Virus record (IMG/VR): IMGVR_UViG_3300018915_000003
Source of the DNA: an uncultured virus (IMG/VR IMGVR_UViG_3300018915_000003)
Lineage: Duplodnaviria; Heunggongvirae; Uroviricota; Caudoviricetes
Length of the DNA: 64,000 nucleotides
Strand: one strand, 5' to 3'
The position numbers and the translations under genes are program-made. Within the stretch, counting starts at the first letter, position 1; each line of letters starts with the position of its first letter. Shown piece by piece: positions 49,171 through 58,854 of this stretch. Under the pieces are notes generated by a model. It did not search any database, was not told where the DNA came from, and saw only the letters and a list, made by a program, of their open reading frames with translations.

Positions 49171-49587
49171 CTATATTTTTCTCTCTGTAGACCACTTCTT
49201 CCTAGGATTGTATATTCGAGTATGTTCTGAATGTGTTACTAGTTGTAGATTCTCAACTCTATTATCGGTTTTTATCTCATTGAGGTGGTGAACTTCTTCA
49301 TCATTTGTAAGATACCGACCTAGATAATTCTCCATGACGAGAGTTTGTTCTGGAACATATCCGTGGTTATTAGCCCTTGGATGCTTAGGTACAAGCATAA
49401 GGCGATAACCATTCGAGTGCATTGCAATACCCCCCTTCCATCTCCAATGTCGTTCTTTGGTATTATTGTGTCCATGTTTGAATCGTGCAGGCTCACCACG
49501 TTTGTTTGTCATGGGAATTGATTCCCCACAACCACACTCGCAAAGTTTTTTAGATGTCTCTTGCTTAGTAATCTCGCTTAGTTGCAT
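49171..49587 (-). CDS. HNH endonuclease with CxCGC motif
   Basis: GYVPEQ..VME..LGRYL...EEVHHLNEIKTDNRVENL; paralog of 41665-42231. Confidence 0.9.
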   Translation of the reverse strand: MQLSEITKQETSKKLCECGCGESIPMTNKRGEPARFKHGHNNTKERHWRWKGGIAMHSNGYRLMLVPKHPRANNHGYVPEQTLVMENYLGRYLTNDEEVHHLNEIKTDNRVENLQLVTHSEHTRIYNPRKKWSTERKI

Positions 49588-49638
49588 AAGCAGTCTAGCT
49601 CAGTAGGTCTTTAAAAAGTCTTGCTGGTGCTAGTCATA

Positions 49639-50616
49639 TTGTCAAAAACTGAAACAACATCAAAATCACTATTAACGAGCACAGAACTAGCAAAGAAGCG
49701 ATCAAAGTTTAAGCGCAAAGCATTATTGATAGGTGTTAATCAATACGCAGACCCGGGAAATAATCTCAATGGATGTCTGAACGATGTTATGGACGTAAGA
49801 AACACACTTCAAATTCTAGGGTTCCCTGTTACGAGAATCCACATACTCACAGACCAGAGAGCGACAAAAGCCAACATCATGAAAGAACTGGAATGGCTGG
49901 TCAAGGATGCAAAGAAGGATGATGTCCTGGTATTCTATTACTCAGGACACGGTTCATATGTGACCGACATCGATATGGATGAGGATGAAGTCAGAAACAA
50001 GGTTGATGAAGTCATATTACCCCATGATTTCGACTTCTACCAGCGGACGTATATCACCGATGATGAACTTCATTCGGTGTTTACAGGTAAGACCCCTGCT
50101 GGTGTCAGGTGCGAAGTTTTACTCGACTGCTGCCATGCTGGAACGGCAACTCGTAGCCTGCTTAGACACTCAACTGGAAACGGAAACAACGCAGTCGGAA
50201 GATTCGTGCCTCCTCCAGTCGAATACCAAGCAATCTTTAACTCACAAATTCCAGGAGAGACGGAATTTGACTACATCAGCGGAAGAGGTGTAGAATCCAA
50301 GTCTGCAAAGACACAACACAACATCTCGTGGTATGCATGTCAAGACTTCCAGGTGTCATGGGAGATGTATGTTGGAAACGAGATTAGAGGTGTGTTTACT
50401 CACGCATTGATGGAGATATTCAGGAGAAGCAGTGGCAACCAGAAGACCAGATTAGAAGTGTTCCAACTGTTGCGACATCAGATGTCAGTGAGGAGATATG
50501 AGCAGATTCCAGGGCTAGATGTGGCCATGGAAGAGTCAAAGCACCAATACCCTTTTAGGAGGCCGTTTGAGGATGAAAGTAGTGAAGTCGCACCAACATT
50601 CTCAACGCAAGCCTAA
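49639..50616 (+). CDS. metacaspase-like peptidase (C14)
   Basis: KALLIGVNQY, LNGCLNDV, YYSGHG and LDCCHAG catalytic His/Cys motifs; start moved to TTG 49639. Confidence 0.92.
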   Translation: MSKTETTSKSLLTSTELAKKRSKFKRKALLIGVNQYADPGNNLNGCLNDVMDVRNTLQILGFPVTRIHILTDQRATKANIMKELEWLVKDAKKDDVLVFYYSGHGSYVTDIDMDEDEVRNKVDEVILPHDFDFYQRTYITDDELHSVFTGKTPAGVRCEVLLDCCHAGTATRSLLRHSTGNGNNAVGRFVPPPVEYQAIFNSQIPGETEFDYISGRGVESKSAKTQHNISWYACQDFQVSWEMYVGNEIRGVFTHALMEIFRRSSGNQKTRLEVFQLLRHQMSVRRYEQIPGLDVAMEESKHQYPFRRPFEDESSEVAPTFSTQA

Positions 50617-50677
50617 TAATAGCAAAAATAAAAAGAAGACCCCAACAAAGAAATCAAGCACGAGTAACTATGAACCG

Positions 50678-50950
50678 ATGGGCAAAAAAGGCCCTAGAAC
50701 CCTCCCCTTTTCTGAGTTTTTAGACGCGTATCTGATAGATGTCGAGAGAATATGGGTTACATTGAACGGTTTGATACAAGCAGTCAAGATTCTCAACCAA
50801 AACACAGCCGCACATGTAAGGAATAACACAATACACAACGCTGTTGATGATGATATTGATGCTGCTGCTGCTGCTGACACTACTGCTCCTCCTACAATTT
50901 CTCCTGATGATGGTATTAACAAAAATAAAAGCGAAGCAGACTTTGAGTAA
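50678..50950 (+). CDS. hypothetical protein
   Basis: Start moved to ATG 50678. Confidence 0.55.
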   Translation: MGKKGPRTLPFSEFLDAYLIDVERIWVTLNGLIQAVKILNQNTAAHVRNNTIHNAVDDDIDAAAAADTTAPPTISPDDGINKNKSEADFE

Positions 50951-50986
50951 GTAAGTGAGTAAGTGAGTAAGTGAGTAAGTGAGTAA
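50948..50986 (+). repeat. 4-nt-period stop-codon array (TAAG/TGAG)
   Basis: Ten stop codons spaced 4 nt apart, beginning at the ORF stop. Confidence 0.85.
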
Positions 50987-50994
50987 AGCGGCTG

Positions 50995-51294
50995 ATGAGT
51001 GGTCATTGTAAAAACGTCTGTGAGCGACCTGAATATCGTTGCATTGGTAAAGGTTGGGGCCCCAGGGGCAGCGACCAACGCAGGCGGGTCACTCGTAGAG
51101 AGAGAAACATGTTTTACTGCAGGGTATGCGTTCGCTGGTTAGCACTGCCTGAGGAGTTAGTCGCGCCTGCGAAGGAGGAAGAGAAGCCTCTATTCTGTCC
51201 TTGCTGTCATTTCAGGATGAGATTGAAGACCAGACCCAAACCTGCCCAGAGGAAACGAAAAGGATTAAAGGACACCAGACCTAGGGTACATTGA
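50995..51294 (+). CDS. Cys-rich Zn-finger protein (Nitrososphaerota-like)
   Basis: CKNVC...CRVC...CPCC..RMRLK. Confidence 0.7.
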   Translation: MSGHCKNVCERPEYRCIGKGWGPRGSDQRRRVTRRERNMFYCRVCVRWLALPEELVAPAKEEEKPLFCPCCHFRMRLKTRPKPAQRKRKGLKDTRPRVH

Positions 51295-51316
51295 TAAAAG
51301 GAGAATAGACAAAAAT

Positions 51317-51658
51317 ATGTCATCATCAGATAACAACACTCTGGACGCCCCAACTAGGTGCCCAAGATGTGACAAACCAGTGACCGAAGTGAAGACATGG
51401 CGGAATGAATCATTAGGACAGGATGAGGCCCAAGTCATATGCAAGGACTGCAGTGTAGAGTTCCGAATGATTAACGCACCACCTTATCCGAAACCTTGGA
51501 CTGTAGCGGAGGCGACCCCAACAACCAAGAGATCAGTAGGGACTCCAAAGTCAAGACCAACCAAGAAGGTGAAGGAAGCATCAGTAGCAAAAACAGGAAA
51601 GGGACAAAGAGGGTCAACAAAGGGCAAAGGAAAAACAGCAGTAGGTCGCAAGGCTTAA
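51317..51658 (+). CDS. Zn-ribbon protein with basic tail
   Basis: CPRC...CKDC, Lys-rich C-terminus. Confidence 0.65.
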   Translation: MSSSDNNTLDAPTRCPRCDKPVTEVKTWRNESLGQDEAQVICKDCSVEFRMINAPPYPKPWTVAEATPTTKRSVGTPKSRPTKKVKEASVAKTGKGQRGSTKGKGKTAVGRKA

Positions 51659-51699
51659 GCTCGTTTCTTCACGAGACTAGGCTTGGCCGGTCTGCTGGT

Positions 51700-51960
51700 A
51701 TGTTTGCCCCGTCCCGACACCACCTTCGGTCAATCATAGATGAGTTCCTAGAGAAGCTTTTCGAAGAGACAGGTCTGGAGATAGACAGGAACACAATGAT
51801 TAACTTTGTCAATGATAAGGCTCACATGTCGAAGGACATTAAAGATTTGTACCAGAAACAATACGACAGGCACATCAAGGAGAGTGCAGAGCGATATGAT
51901 TATATCGAGAAGTTGAAAGCGGAGGGTAAGCTGCCTATAATTGAAAGAAAAAAAGATTAA
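51700..51960 (+). CDS. hypothetical protein
   Basis: Start moved to ATG 51700. Confidence 0.55.
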   Translation: MFAPSRHHLRSIIDEFLEKLFEETGLEIDRNTMINFVNDKAHMSKDIKDLYQKQYDRHIKESAERYDYIEKLKAEGKLPIIERKKD

Positions 51961-51974
51961 GTTAGCGACGGAAC

Positions 51975-52556
51975 TTAAATTTTAGTTCCTACCGGTGATT
52001 TTTTGAGAAGAGTGTCGTAGAAGTTGTCTGCTTGTACTTGCCACTCATTTATTTGTGGCAGAATCTTTGTTTGTACTGCTTCGTTTACCTTGGGTAGTGT
52101 TTCATCTATCTTCTTGCCTACTTCTGGACTGGTGTTTTTGAGTACGTCCAAAGTTACATTTATCACTTCTCTCTGTTCTAGCACTTGCCTGTATGCGTCT
52201 CTGAGCTCATTGTCTTTCTGTCTGACTTGTGCTACCACATCTAAGAAGCGGTTGTATGAGTCTGTGGATACAATCTTATCCCCGGTCTTTGACTTAATTG
52301 CGTTTACAATGTAGACAATGATACCAACGACTACAGAGATGAGTGTAGATATTGCAGCCAGTGTTGTGCCGACTGAGGTTAATAGGTTGTCCACGTTGGT
52401 GGTTGGTGCGCTCGCCTCTTGTGCAAAAGTTGTCTGCAGGTTGATTGTTAAGCCAACTGTCAGGGCTAGAGCGATGAGTGCTACTCCGATGAGTGTGAAG
52501 TGTTTGGTTGATGTTGATATTATTGTTGCTTTTGATTTTGATTCTGTTGCGGTCAT
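51975..52556 (-). CDS. membrane protein with coiled coil
   Basis: Two hydrophobic segments followed by a helical domain. Confidence 0.75.
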   Translation of the reverse strand: MTATESKSKATIISTSTKHFTLIGVALIALALTVGLTINLQTTFAQEASAPTTNVDNLLTSVGTTLAAISTLISVVVGIIVYIVNAIKSKTGDKIVSTDSYNRFLDVVAQVRQKDNELRDAYRQVLEQREVINVTLDVLKNTSPEVGKKIDETLPKVNEAVQTKILPQINEWQVQADNFYDTLLKKSPVGTKI

Positions 52557-52620
52557 ATTGCTTTACTTACAGACTGGTAGAGCCTGAGCGGGCACGTAGG
52601 AACTATTATAAACGATGTGA

Positions 52621-53160
52621 TTATTTACCGCCGCTTTGTTTGTTCCTGTTGATGTCATATCCATCGTAGTATTTGTGGGCATCTGCATTTTTATCTCTTG
52701 CGAAATCCCTGTTTAAGTCCCTCGATATGTCTCTGGGAATGTCTCGTGTCAGGTCTCGCTCTAAGTCCCTATTAGCATCTCGCTGGAAGTCCTTGTTAGT
52801 GTCGCGTGTTGTTACACTAGGATGGGGGGGACTAGGACTACGATTCGGAGACAACACACCTTTAAGAGATCTCAGGAACAGAAAGAAGCAGATCGAGATT
52901 GCGAGGGGCATGATAAAACCAACATAAAAGCCGAACGCCTCTATCGGTTGCTCCCCTGTTTGTTCGCTTGCTGTAGACAAAATGGCGGTTACGGTTATGT
53001 AAAAACTCAATAATATCAAGTTCTTTACTGTGAGGATTATAGTCGATCTTCTATCTATAATACTGGATAATTTCCAGAGGTAAACTGTTGCTATCGACTG
53101 GAAGATTATCGGTATTAGGGATAGGAACAGAAAGTCGCTATAGGTTATAACATCCGCCAT
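52621..53160 (-). CDS. three-pass membrane protein with RDxx repeats
   Basis: Paralog of 53169-53552; ten (R/K)Dxx tetrapeptides. Confidence 0.75.
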   Translation of the reverse strand: MADVITYSDFLFLSLIPIIFQSIATVYLWKLSSIIDRRSTIILTVKNLILLSFYITVTAILSTASEQTGEQPIEAFGFYVGFIMPLAISICFFLFLRSLKGVLSPNRSPSPPHPSVTTRDTNKDFQRDANRDLERDLTRDIPRDISRDLNRDFARDKNADAHKYYDGYDINRNKQSGGK

Positions 53161-53168
53161 GTCTGTTG

Positions 53169-53552
53169 TTATCCTGCTCCGCTTGTTGTTGTTGTTGTTG
53201 ACGTCCCACGTTTTACGTCTGTGCTAGAGTGTGGATTCGGCGATAATGTTGCCTTGAGGGCTCTCAGATGCATAAAGAACAAGAACGAGATACCCATCGG
53301 AAAAATCAAGTCGATATAAACCCCGTATCTTTCGAGTGGTTGTGCTCCTTGTATCTTACTCGCATCAAACAATGCAATCGTAACAGCGATATACAATCCC
53401 AAAAGCATTATGTTCTTTATGAATAGGATATTGGCGGACTTCTTCCCGATATATGGTCGTATCTTCCATAAGTAAGCGATTGCGAATGATTGTAAGACCA
53501 TTGGTATAATCGATAAAAACCAAAAGTCACTATAGGTTAGAACGTCTGCCAT
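53169..53552 (-). CDS. three-pass membrane protein
   Basis: MADV.TYSDF.FLS.IP...QS shared with 52621-53160. Confidence 0.75.
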   Translation of the reverse strand: MADVLTYSDFWFLSIIPMVLQSFAIAYLWKIRPYIGKKSANILFIKNIMLLGLYIAVTIALFDASKIQGAQPLERYGVYIDLIFPMGISFLFFMHLRALKATLSPNPHSSTDVKRGTSTTTTTSGAG

Positions 53553-53584
53553 GTCTATTGTTGTTACCCTCCACTTGCTCCTTT

Positions 53585-54187
53585 TTAACGCCTACTCCAC
53601 GGCCATCTGCCGCCGCTGTTGTTGGAGCTGCTGGGTCTGCGACCAGTATCATAATCTTCTCTGGTTCGCCTTTGCAATTCTTCTTGTTCACGTTTGAAAC
53701 GCTCCTCTAGCTCCTGCCTTCTGGCTGCTGCTTCGAGGTCGCCTTCTAACTTGTAAATCATAAAGAGATATCCTACCCTTAGACCTGCATCATCATCTTC
53801 CGTGTCTACCTTTCTCTCGATGGCTTCGCGCAGGAGTTTTATCATATCCCGCTTTTCATCATCTGTTAAATCTTGTTTAAGTTGTATCTTATTCATGTAT
53901 GCATCGATCTCCGGTGTGTGTGGCCTGGTGAGTACCTTCGGCAAGTCATTCTCTATCACTTTCCAAAGCACGTTGGAACGTGTCTCCAATACAGTGAGAG
54001 TTAACTGCATCTCGTGCAACTTCCTGTCCTGCTCCATTCGGTTCTGGTCTATTATTCTGTTCTGCTGGTCTATGTTCTTGTTCTGTGATATTACTCCCCT
54101 GAAATAGGTCGCTATTGCAACACCTATTCCTATTATGGCGCCGATTAAACCTAACCACGCCTGCATTGATGCTTCTGGAAACGACAT
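53585..54187 (-). CDS. N-terminally anchored membrane protein
   Basis: One TM helix then coiled coil. Confidence 0.75.
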   Translation of the reverse strand: MSFPEASMQAWLGLIGAIIGIGVAIATYFRGVISQNKNIDQQNRIIDQNRMEQDRKLHEMQLTLTVLETRSNVLWKVIENDLPKVLTRPHTPEIDAYMNKIQLKQDLTDDEKRDMIKLLREAIERKVDTEDDDAGLRVGYLFMIYKLEGDLEAAARRQELEERFKREQEELQRRTREDYDTGRRPSSSNNSGGRWPWSRR

Positions 54188-54341
54188 TTTCTATTGATAA
54201 ACTCGTATCTTCATGCGTTGGTTCGAGTAGTATAGAGGTATTAGAATAACGGGATGAGGTGGGGGAGATAGTTGCCGACAATGGAATTGTGCCTTCTTTA
54301 TATCATAAGTCAAGTATTGAATCAAGCAGTCAGCCTTGTAG

Positions 54342-54716
54342 CTATTGTGGGGAATTATCCTCAAGAATTGCCCTAATCTCAGGCTGTTGTAGCATATCAG
54401 CAACTGCTTTAGCCACGAATGCGGAGCGACTGGTGTTCTGTCTTGCTGCGACTTTATCGATTGCTCCGAGCATACTTAAACGAAAAGAAATGTTGATGCC
54501 GACCTTCCTGCTTGTGCCAGTGCCTTCGAGACCGTTGCCTCCTCCTGCTCCTCCTCCCTGTTGCTGGTCGTGTTGATATCTTCCCCTCGGTCTTGAATAA
54601 AGCCTGGGGTGATACCTGGTGCTAGGTAAACCTTCGGAGGTGGCTAGAGTTGTAGGCTCGACTGCTGCTGCTGCTGCGGCTACAGCGTTAGAGTTGCTTT
54701 GAGTTGGGTCGGACAT
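54342..54716 (-). CDS. CopG-like ribbon-helix-helix protein
   Basis: INISFRLSMLGAIDKVAARQNTSRSAFVAKAV. Confidence 0.8.
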   Translation of the reverse strand: MSDPTQSNSNAVAAAAAAVEPTTLATSEGLPSTRYHPRLYSRPRGRYQHDQQQGGGAGGGNGLEGTGTSRKVGINISFRLSMLGAIDKVAARQNTSRSAFVAKAVADMLQQPEIRAILEDNSPQ

Positions 54717-54745
54717 TATTATTCTATATCTTCTCTACTGTTGGT

Positions 54746-56104
54746 TTATTGTTGTTGTTCTTTGTCGTTGGTGTTGTTTGCGATGTCAGACTCATCCATG
54801 GCTTCTGCGGGCTTCTGTTGTTTTGCGGTTGCCTTTGGGTCTGGTTTGACATCAACATAGACTGTTTCCTTTACGCCCATCTTGGCGTTGGGGCTTTTAC
54901 TTAGGTTTTCTTCTTGGTTGTTGTTGTTGTTGTTACTCATATTTTTCTTCCCTGTTCCTTGAGCACCCTTTTTATTATTCTTTGTTCCACCGTTCTGACC
55001 TTTTGACTTTGGCCCTGCCCTCTTTGGGTTCTGTGCATCCAAGACTTTTGGCTCTGCTTCTTGTTCTACATCTTGAACTTGCTCTTCTGCTTCAACTGTT
55101 TCAAGTTCTTGCTGTGCGAGTTCTGCTTCTTCTTGCAGTCTTCTCTCTTCGGCCTTTGCTCTTGCTGCTGCCATTCTTGCGGCTAGCTCTGCTCTGGCGT
55201 TCTCATAGGAGGTGACGTCGTGTTGTACTGTAGCGTTAACCCTGTTAGCAGATGTTGCCAATTCCTCTGGCGTTCCCTGGATTGATGCGCTGTCTAGGTT
55301 TCCTCTTGTGTAATTGCGCTCAAACTCTGCCTGTTGTCTCAGTGCTTCTGTAGCTCTGACTGATGATACTGGCCTTACTCCTGCACGCCTTGCTGCTCCT
55401 GCTGCTGATGCTGAACCGCTAGACCTTCTAGAGTGTGGCTCTGCCATTGCTGCACCGCTGTCCAAGACATTGCCCTTGATAAGCTGTCCTTCTTTACCTG
55501 CGACACGCTCATCTCCTCTTGCGGCTGCGTTTGCCCTCTGCTCATAAATTGTCTCAATGAGTTGGTCGCCTGGTAGGTTGATGAATGAGTCGAGGTCGTA
55601 TATCATGTAGGTAAATCTGCCGTCATGGATGTATAATTTTGCCATACTTGAGTCTCCGCTGTTGAGAATCTCTTCGATTGTTTCAGGAGAGTATTTGACA
55701 TCATATTTTGTTTCTCTTCTTGCGACTCTGACTGATGTTGGTTGTCCACTCATCTGGTCTTTTGCAAAGTAGAAACTAGGTACTTCATGCCTGCCTACCT
55801 TGTAAGTCCTGAAGGATTCATTACCCACGAAGTCGGAGCCGATGTCGGTCACTTCGAAAATAACATAATCATCTACTGTTGGGGTATGGAACCTCCAAAT
55901 TGCGTTGATTCTTTTGCGAATCTTGGCTGCGAGTGCTGGGTTCTGTCCATACATCTCGTCAAACTTCATCTGGATGGCCTGTTTAGGTGTAATTTGAGGC
56001 TCGAACTTTGCGTCCTGATATGCCTTTGCTGTCTCAGGGTGGAGTCCGCCTATGCTGTTGTACGTGTCTGCGTATAATTCCGAGTCGTTATTATTACTAC
56101 TCAT
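54746..56104 (-). CDS. hypothetical protein (globular N-terminus, coiled-coil/disordered C-terminus)
   Basis: 452-aa ORF with the late-type upstream motif. Confidence 0.75.
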   Translation of the reverse strand: MSSNNNDSELYADTYNSIGGLHPETAKAYQDAKFEPQITPKQAIQMKFDEMYGQNPALAAKIRKRINAIWRFHTPTVDDYVIFEVTDIGSDFVGNESFRTYKVGRHEVPSFYFAKDQMSGQPTSVRVARRETKYDVKYSPETIEEILNSGDSSMAKLYIHDGRFTYMIYDLDSFINLPGDQLIETIYEQRANAAARGDERVAGKEGQLIKGNVLDSGAAMAEPHSRRSSGSASAAGAARRAGVRPVSSVRATEALRQQAEFERNYTRGNLDSASIQGTPEELATSANRVNATVQHDVTSYENARAELAARMAAARAKAEERRLQEEAELAQQELETVEAEEQVQDVEQEAEPKVLDAQNPKRAGPKSKGQNGGTKNNKKGAQGTGKKNMSNNNNNNQEENLSKSPNAKMGVKETVYVDVKPDPKATAKQQKPAEAMDESDIANNTNDKEQQQ

Positions 56105-56178
56105 CTTAATCTTGTTTATCAGTGTGGCCGTGGATACTCTTGGGAACTATACTATTGGGTAGGAGTTAGCGATAGCAG

Positions 56179-56595
56179 TTATCGATATGAGTGGAATTGG
56201 TGCCAATGTGATAGCGTATGACATCTGTTGCATACTTCCAACGTATCCCTTAGCGGATCATCGGTGTGATATGACCAATGATGAATATGTGTCTGTTTGC
56301 ATAATCTACCTGTCTGTGCATTAATCTCCCCGAGTACAGCTCTACAAAGACTACAAACGCCTACCCTTGGAACCTCATCGGCAATCACTTGTTTATCGAC
56401 AAACCAAAATAATCTAGGATGATATTTGGGATTCTTGATGAATTTATTTTCGCACCTCTCACAGAGCCATCCTATGGGTAAGTTACCATACCAATGCGCC
56501 TTACCAAGTTTATCTGTCCACGTATCACTAGAACCACATGCATAGCAAACTCTTTTATGATCTAGACTAGTACCTTCTACAGTCATGCTTGACAC
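56179..56595 (-). CDS. HNH-like endonuclease with Zn fingers
   Basis: GVCSLCRAV...THIHH..Y..DDPL..TLEVCNRCH; paralog of 19844-20410. Confidence 0.7.
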   Translation of the reverse strand: MSSMTVEGTSLDHKRVCYACGSSDTWTDKLGKAHWYGNLPIGWLCERCENKFIKNPKYHPRLFWFVDKQVIADEVPRVGVCSLCRAVLGEINAQTGRLCKQTHIHHWSYHTDDPLRDTLEVCNRCHTLSHWHQFHSYR

Positions 56596-56701
56596 ATGAC
56601 AAGGATAGGGTCAGTGACTTAAAAGCATTTGCTGGCCCTATTCATTTTCCTTGATAGTTAATAATTGTCGAGGAGGGGCATTTCCCTTCGTAGAATACAT
56701 A

Positions 56702-57286
56702 ATGGCTACAACTTCAACTTCAACAAATACGACAAACGATAAAGGAGAGCCAAAAGAGCTCCAATACAAGACAGACGCCAGCAATGCAACAGGCGAGACA
56801 CCGACTCAACAGGACACTGTGACTCAGAAGGTAGAGGTCACTGAAGTCAAGCAAAAGGTCGGTAAGGCTGGTAGAAAAGGAAACAAGAAAGGCATCGGCA
56901 CGGCTGTAGATGCGACTTCTGCTGCTAATAGCGCAAAAGTAGAAGGAGCAGGTACAATCACGACAGCACTCAGAAAGGTACTGTCAGAAGCAACCTGCGG
57001 CTTTTGCAATAACCCGTTAGATAACAACTCAGAGGGTGCCACGGTAGTACCAGTCAAGGGCAAGAAAGTACCGAAAGACGTAGATGGCCAGTTCATCTAT
57101 GAGAGCCCAGGACAACCAAAGGGCACCATGGCCGGCGTGTTATGCGGAACTTGTTCACAACTCGCCAAGGACACCAGATACATAAAACCAGATGGCACAT
57201 CATACATCGATGTAAAGCATGTTCTTGTTGTCCGCAAGAGCGGGGGCATTGCCAACATCCCGGTGTCAGACCTAGAGCAAGTCTAG
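56702..57286 (+). CDS. hypothetical Zn-binding protein
   Basis: CGFC...CGTC; start moved to ATG 56702. Confidence 0.7.
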   Translation: MATTSTSTNTTNDKGEPKELQYKTDASNATGETPTQQDTVTQKVEVTEVKQKVGKAGRKGNKKGIGTAVDATSAANSAKVEGAGTITTALRKVLSEATCGFCNNPLDNNSEGATVVPVKGKKVPKDVDGQFIYESPGQPKGTMAGVLCGTCSQLAKDTRYIKPDGTSYIDVKHVLVVRKSGGIANIPVSDLEQV

Positions 57287-57316
57287 GCTTTTCTCTCCCC
57301 TACTCTTTTTTATTTT

Positions 57317-58396
57317 TTACACATTATAGATTAATTTGTACAGCACTCCATAGACCACCAGTTCCAAGTCGTTAAAGTCTGCTCTCATGAACTCATCCAG
57401 TGGCATGTTAATCATTCTCTGGGCGATATAGCGAAGGATGGCCATCACTGCGTTAGGCTTGCGATCTGGGTCTGCCTCAAGTGCCCTGTGATAATTCCAC
57501 ATCAAGCCCTCCAAGATATCATACTCAACACCAGACAGAGGACGGTAATAGTATCTCTTGTTGCGATTGGTCTTGGTTGTGATGTCCACTACTGCAATCA
57601 GGTACTCACTGGACTTTGCGACGTTCTCGATTCTGTCTCTCATATGGTCTGGTATGACCTTGCTGAGGAAGTAGGTTTCCCATCTCTCTTTGATTGTGTC
57701 ATTGGTTTGCCAGCCTCGGTCTACTGCATCAACATCATTATCATTATCTTCCTCCTCCTCGTCAATGTCATCATCATCATCCTCATCATATTCCTCATCC
57801 TCTTCTTCAACTGGTTCGGTTGTTGCAGTAGGGGGTGGGGCAGTATTAGCAATGCCGGGCACGCTTACCATCCTATGCTCCATTGGGTCAGTCGGTGCCA
57901 CATCCAGACTATTTGATATAACTGTGTCAGTGAATGTTAGTGTAGGCTTCTCGGGGTTGACCTCAGCGCCTTCCTTTGGTTCTGAGTGCTGTTCTACGTC
58001 TTTCCTTCTATAGAGTCGCACTCTACCGTTCTCATCCATAAACATCTTGACAGCGTCTTTGTCATAGATTGTAATGCCCTTGGCGTTTGGGTCTTCCTTG
58101 AACTCAGCCGTGTCAATAATATTGATTTGGGGTTTTGTCCTCTCTAGGTATCTCTTGACCTTCTCGGCTACCTCGGCCGAGTTGAGTTCTAATTCCAGGT
58201 TGGTCTCAAGGCTCTTGTTACTCTTCTCAACCCATTCCACCGCCTTCTTTACCCGTTCATCCTGCTCTTTCTTCATGCGTATAGCTTCCGCTTTGAGCTT
58301 AGCCTTGCGTTCTGCTTCTATCTCATCCTCTGACCTGTGGGCATCATTCCAATATTCTTTCCAGCCCTTAGGTAGAGCATCCCACGTTGGTGGCAT
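57317..58396 (-). CDS. protein with acidic tract and C-terminal chaperone-like (G-like) domain
   Basis: WETYF...IENVAKSSEYLI...YRPLS...IAQRMINMPLDEFMRADFNDLELVV aligns with 43617-44219. Confidence 0.7.
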   Translation of the reverse strand: MPPTWDALPKGWKEYWNDAHRSEDEIEAERKAKLKAEAIRMKKEQDERVKKAVEWVEKSNKSLETNLELELNSAEVAEKVKRYLERTKPQINIIDTAEFKEDPNAKGITIYDKDAVKMFMDENGRVRLYRRKDVEQHSEPKEGAEVNPEKPTLTFTDTVISNSLDVAPTDPMEHRMVSVPGIANTAPPPTATTEPVEEEDEEYDEDDDDDIDEEEEDNDNDVDAVDRGWQTNDTIKERWETYFLSKVIPDHMRDRIENVAKSSEYLIAVVDITTKTNRNKRYYYRPLSGVEYDILEGLMWNYHRALEADPDRKPNAVMAILRYIAQRMINMPLDEFMRADFNDLELVVYGVLYKLIYNV

Positions 58397-58440
58397 TATT
58401 TAATTGTGCACCATCCCTGTCACAGGGTTGTGGTTACGGG

Positions 58441-58854
58441 TTACTGTAAGTTAACTCTTTCCTTGTATGAGAGGGTCTTTGCCATCTTGTTGATGACAGA
58501 GTTCAAGCCCTCACTCGTGCGTATGATCTCGCTCACCACTGCTATGATATGACGCATCTGATCATCATAGGCTTTAATCTCGACTTTAGACATAGGTGGG
58601 ACGTCGAGCTCCTCGCATAGGGTATCGATAGCCTCGTTGGCTAGCTCCTGCTTGGTGATGCCCATCTTTTGAAGCCATGGGCTCCTCTCATATTCTGCTG
58701 TTACAAGTTCGCATAAACCATTAGAAATGTAGCCGAAAGTTATTCCTCGTTGGAAGTCTTTGAGTCTTTGAGCTTGGACTCGCTGGGCCTTGGTAAGTCG
58801 CTTCCTCTTGGGTTTTGTTTTTTGTTTCTGTTTCTGTTGTCTTTTCGTAGGCAC
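58441..58854 (-). CDS. hypothetical protein with basic N-terminus
   Basis: 137-aa ORF. Confidence 0.65.
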   Translation of the reverse strand: MPTKRQQKQKQKTKPKRKRLTKAQRVQAQRLKDFQRGITFGYISNGLCELVTAEYERSPWLQKMGITKQELANEAIDTLCEELDVPPMSKVEIKAYDDQMRHIIAVVSEIIRTSEGLNSVINKMAKTLSYKERVNLQ

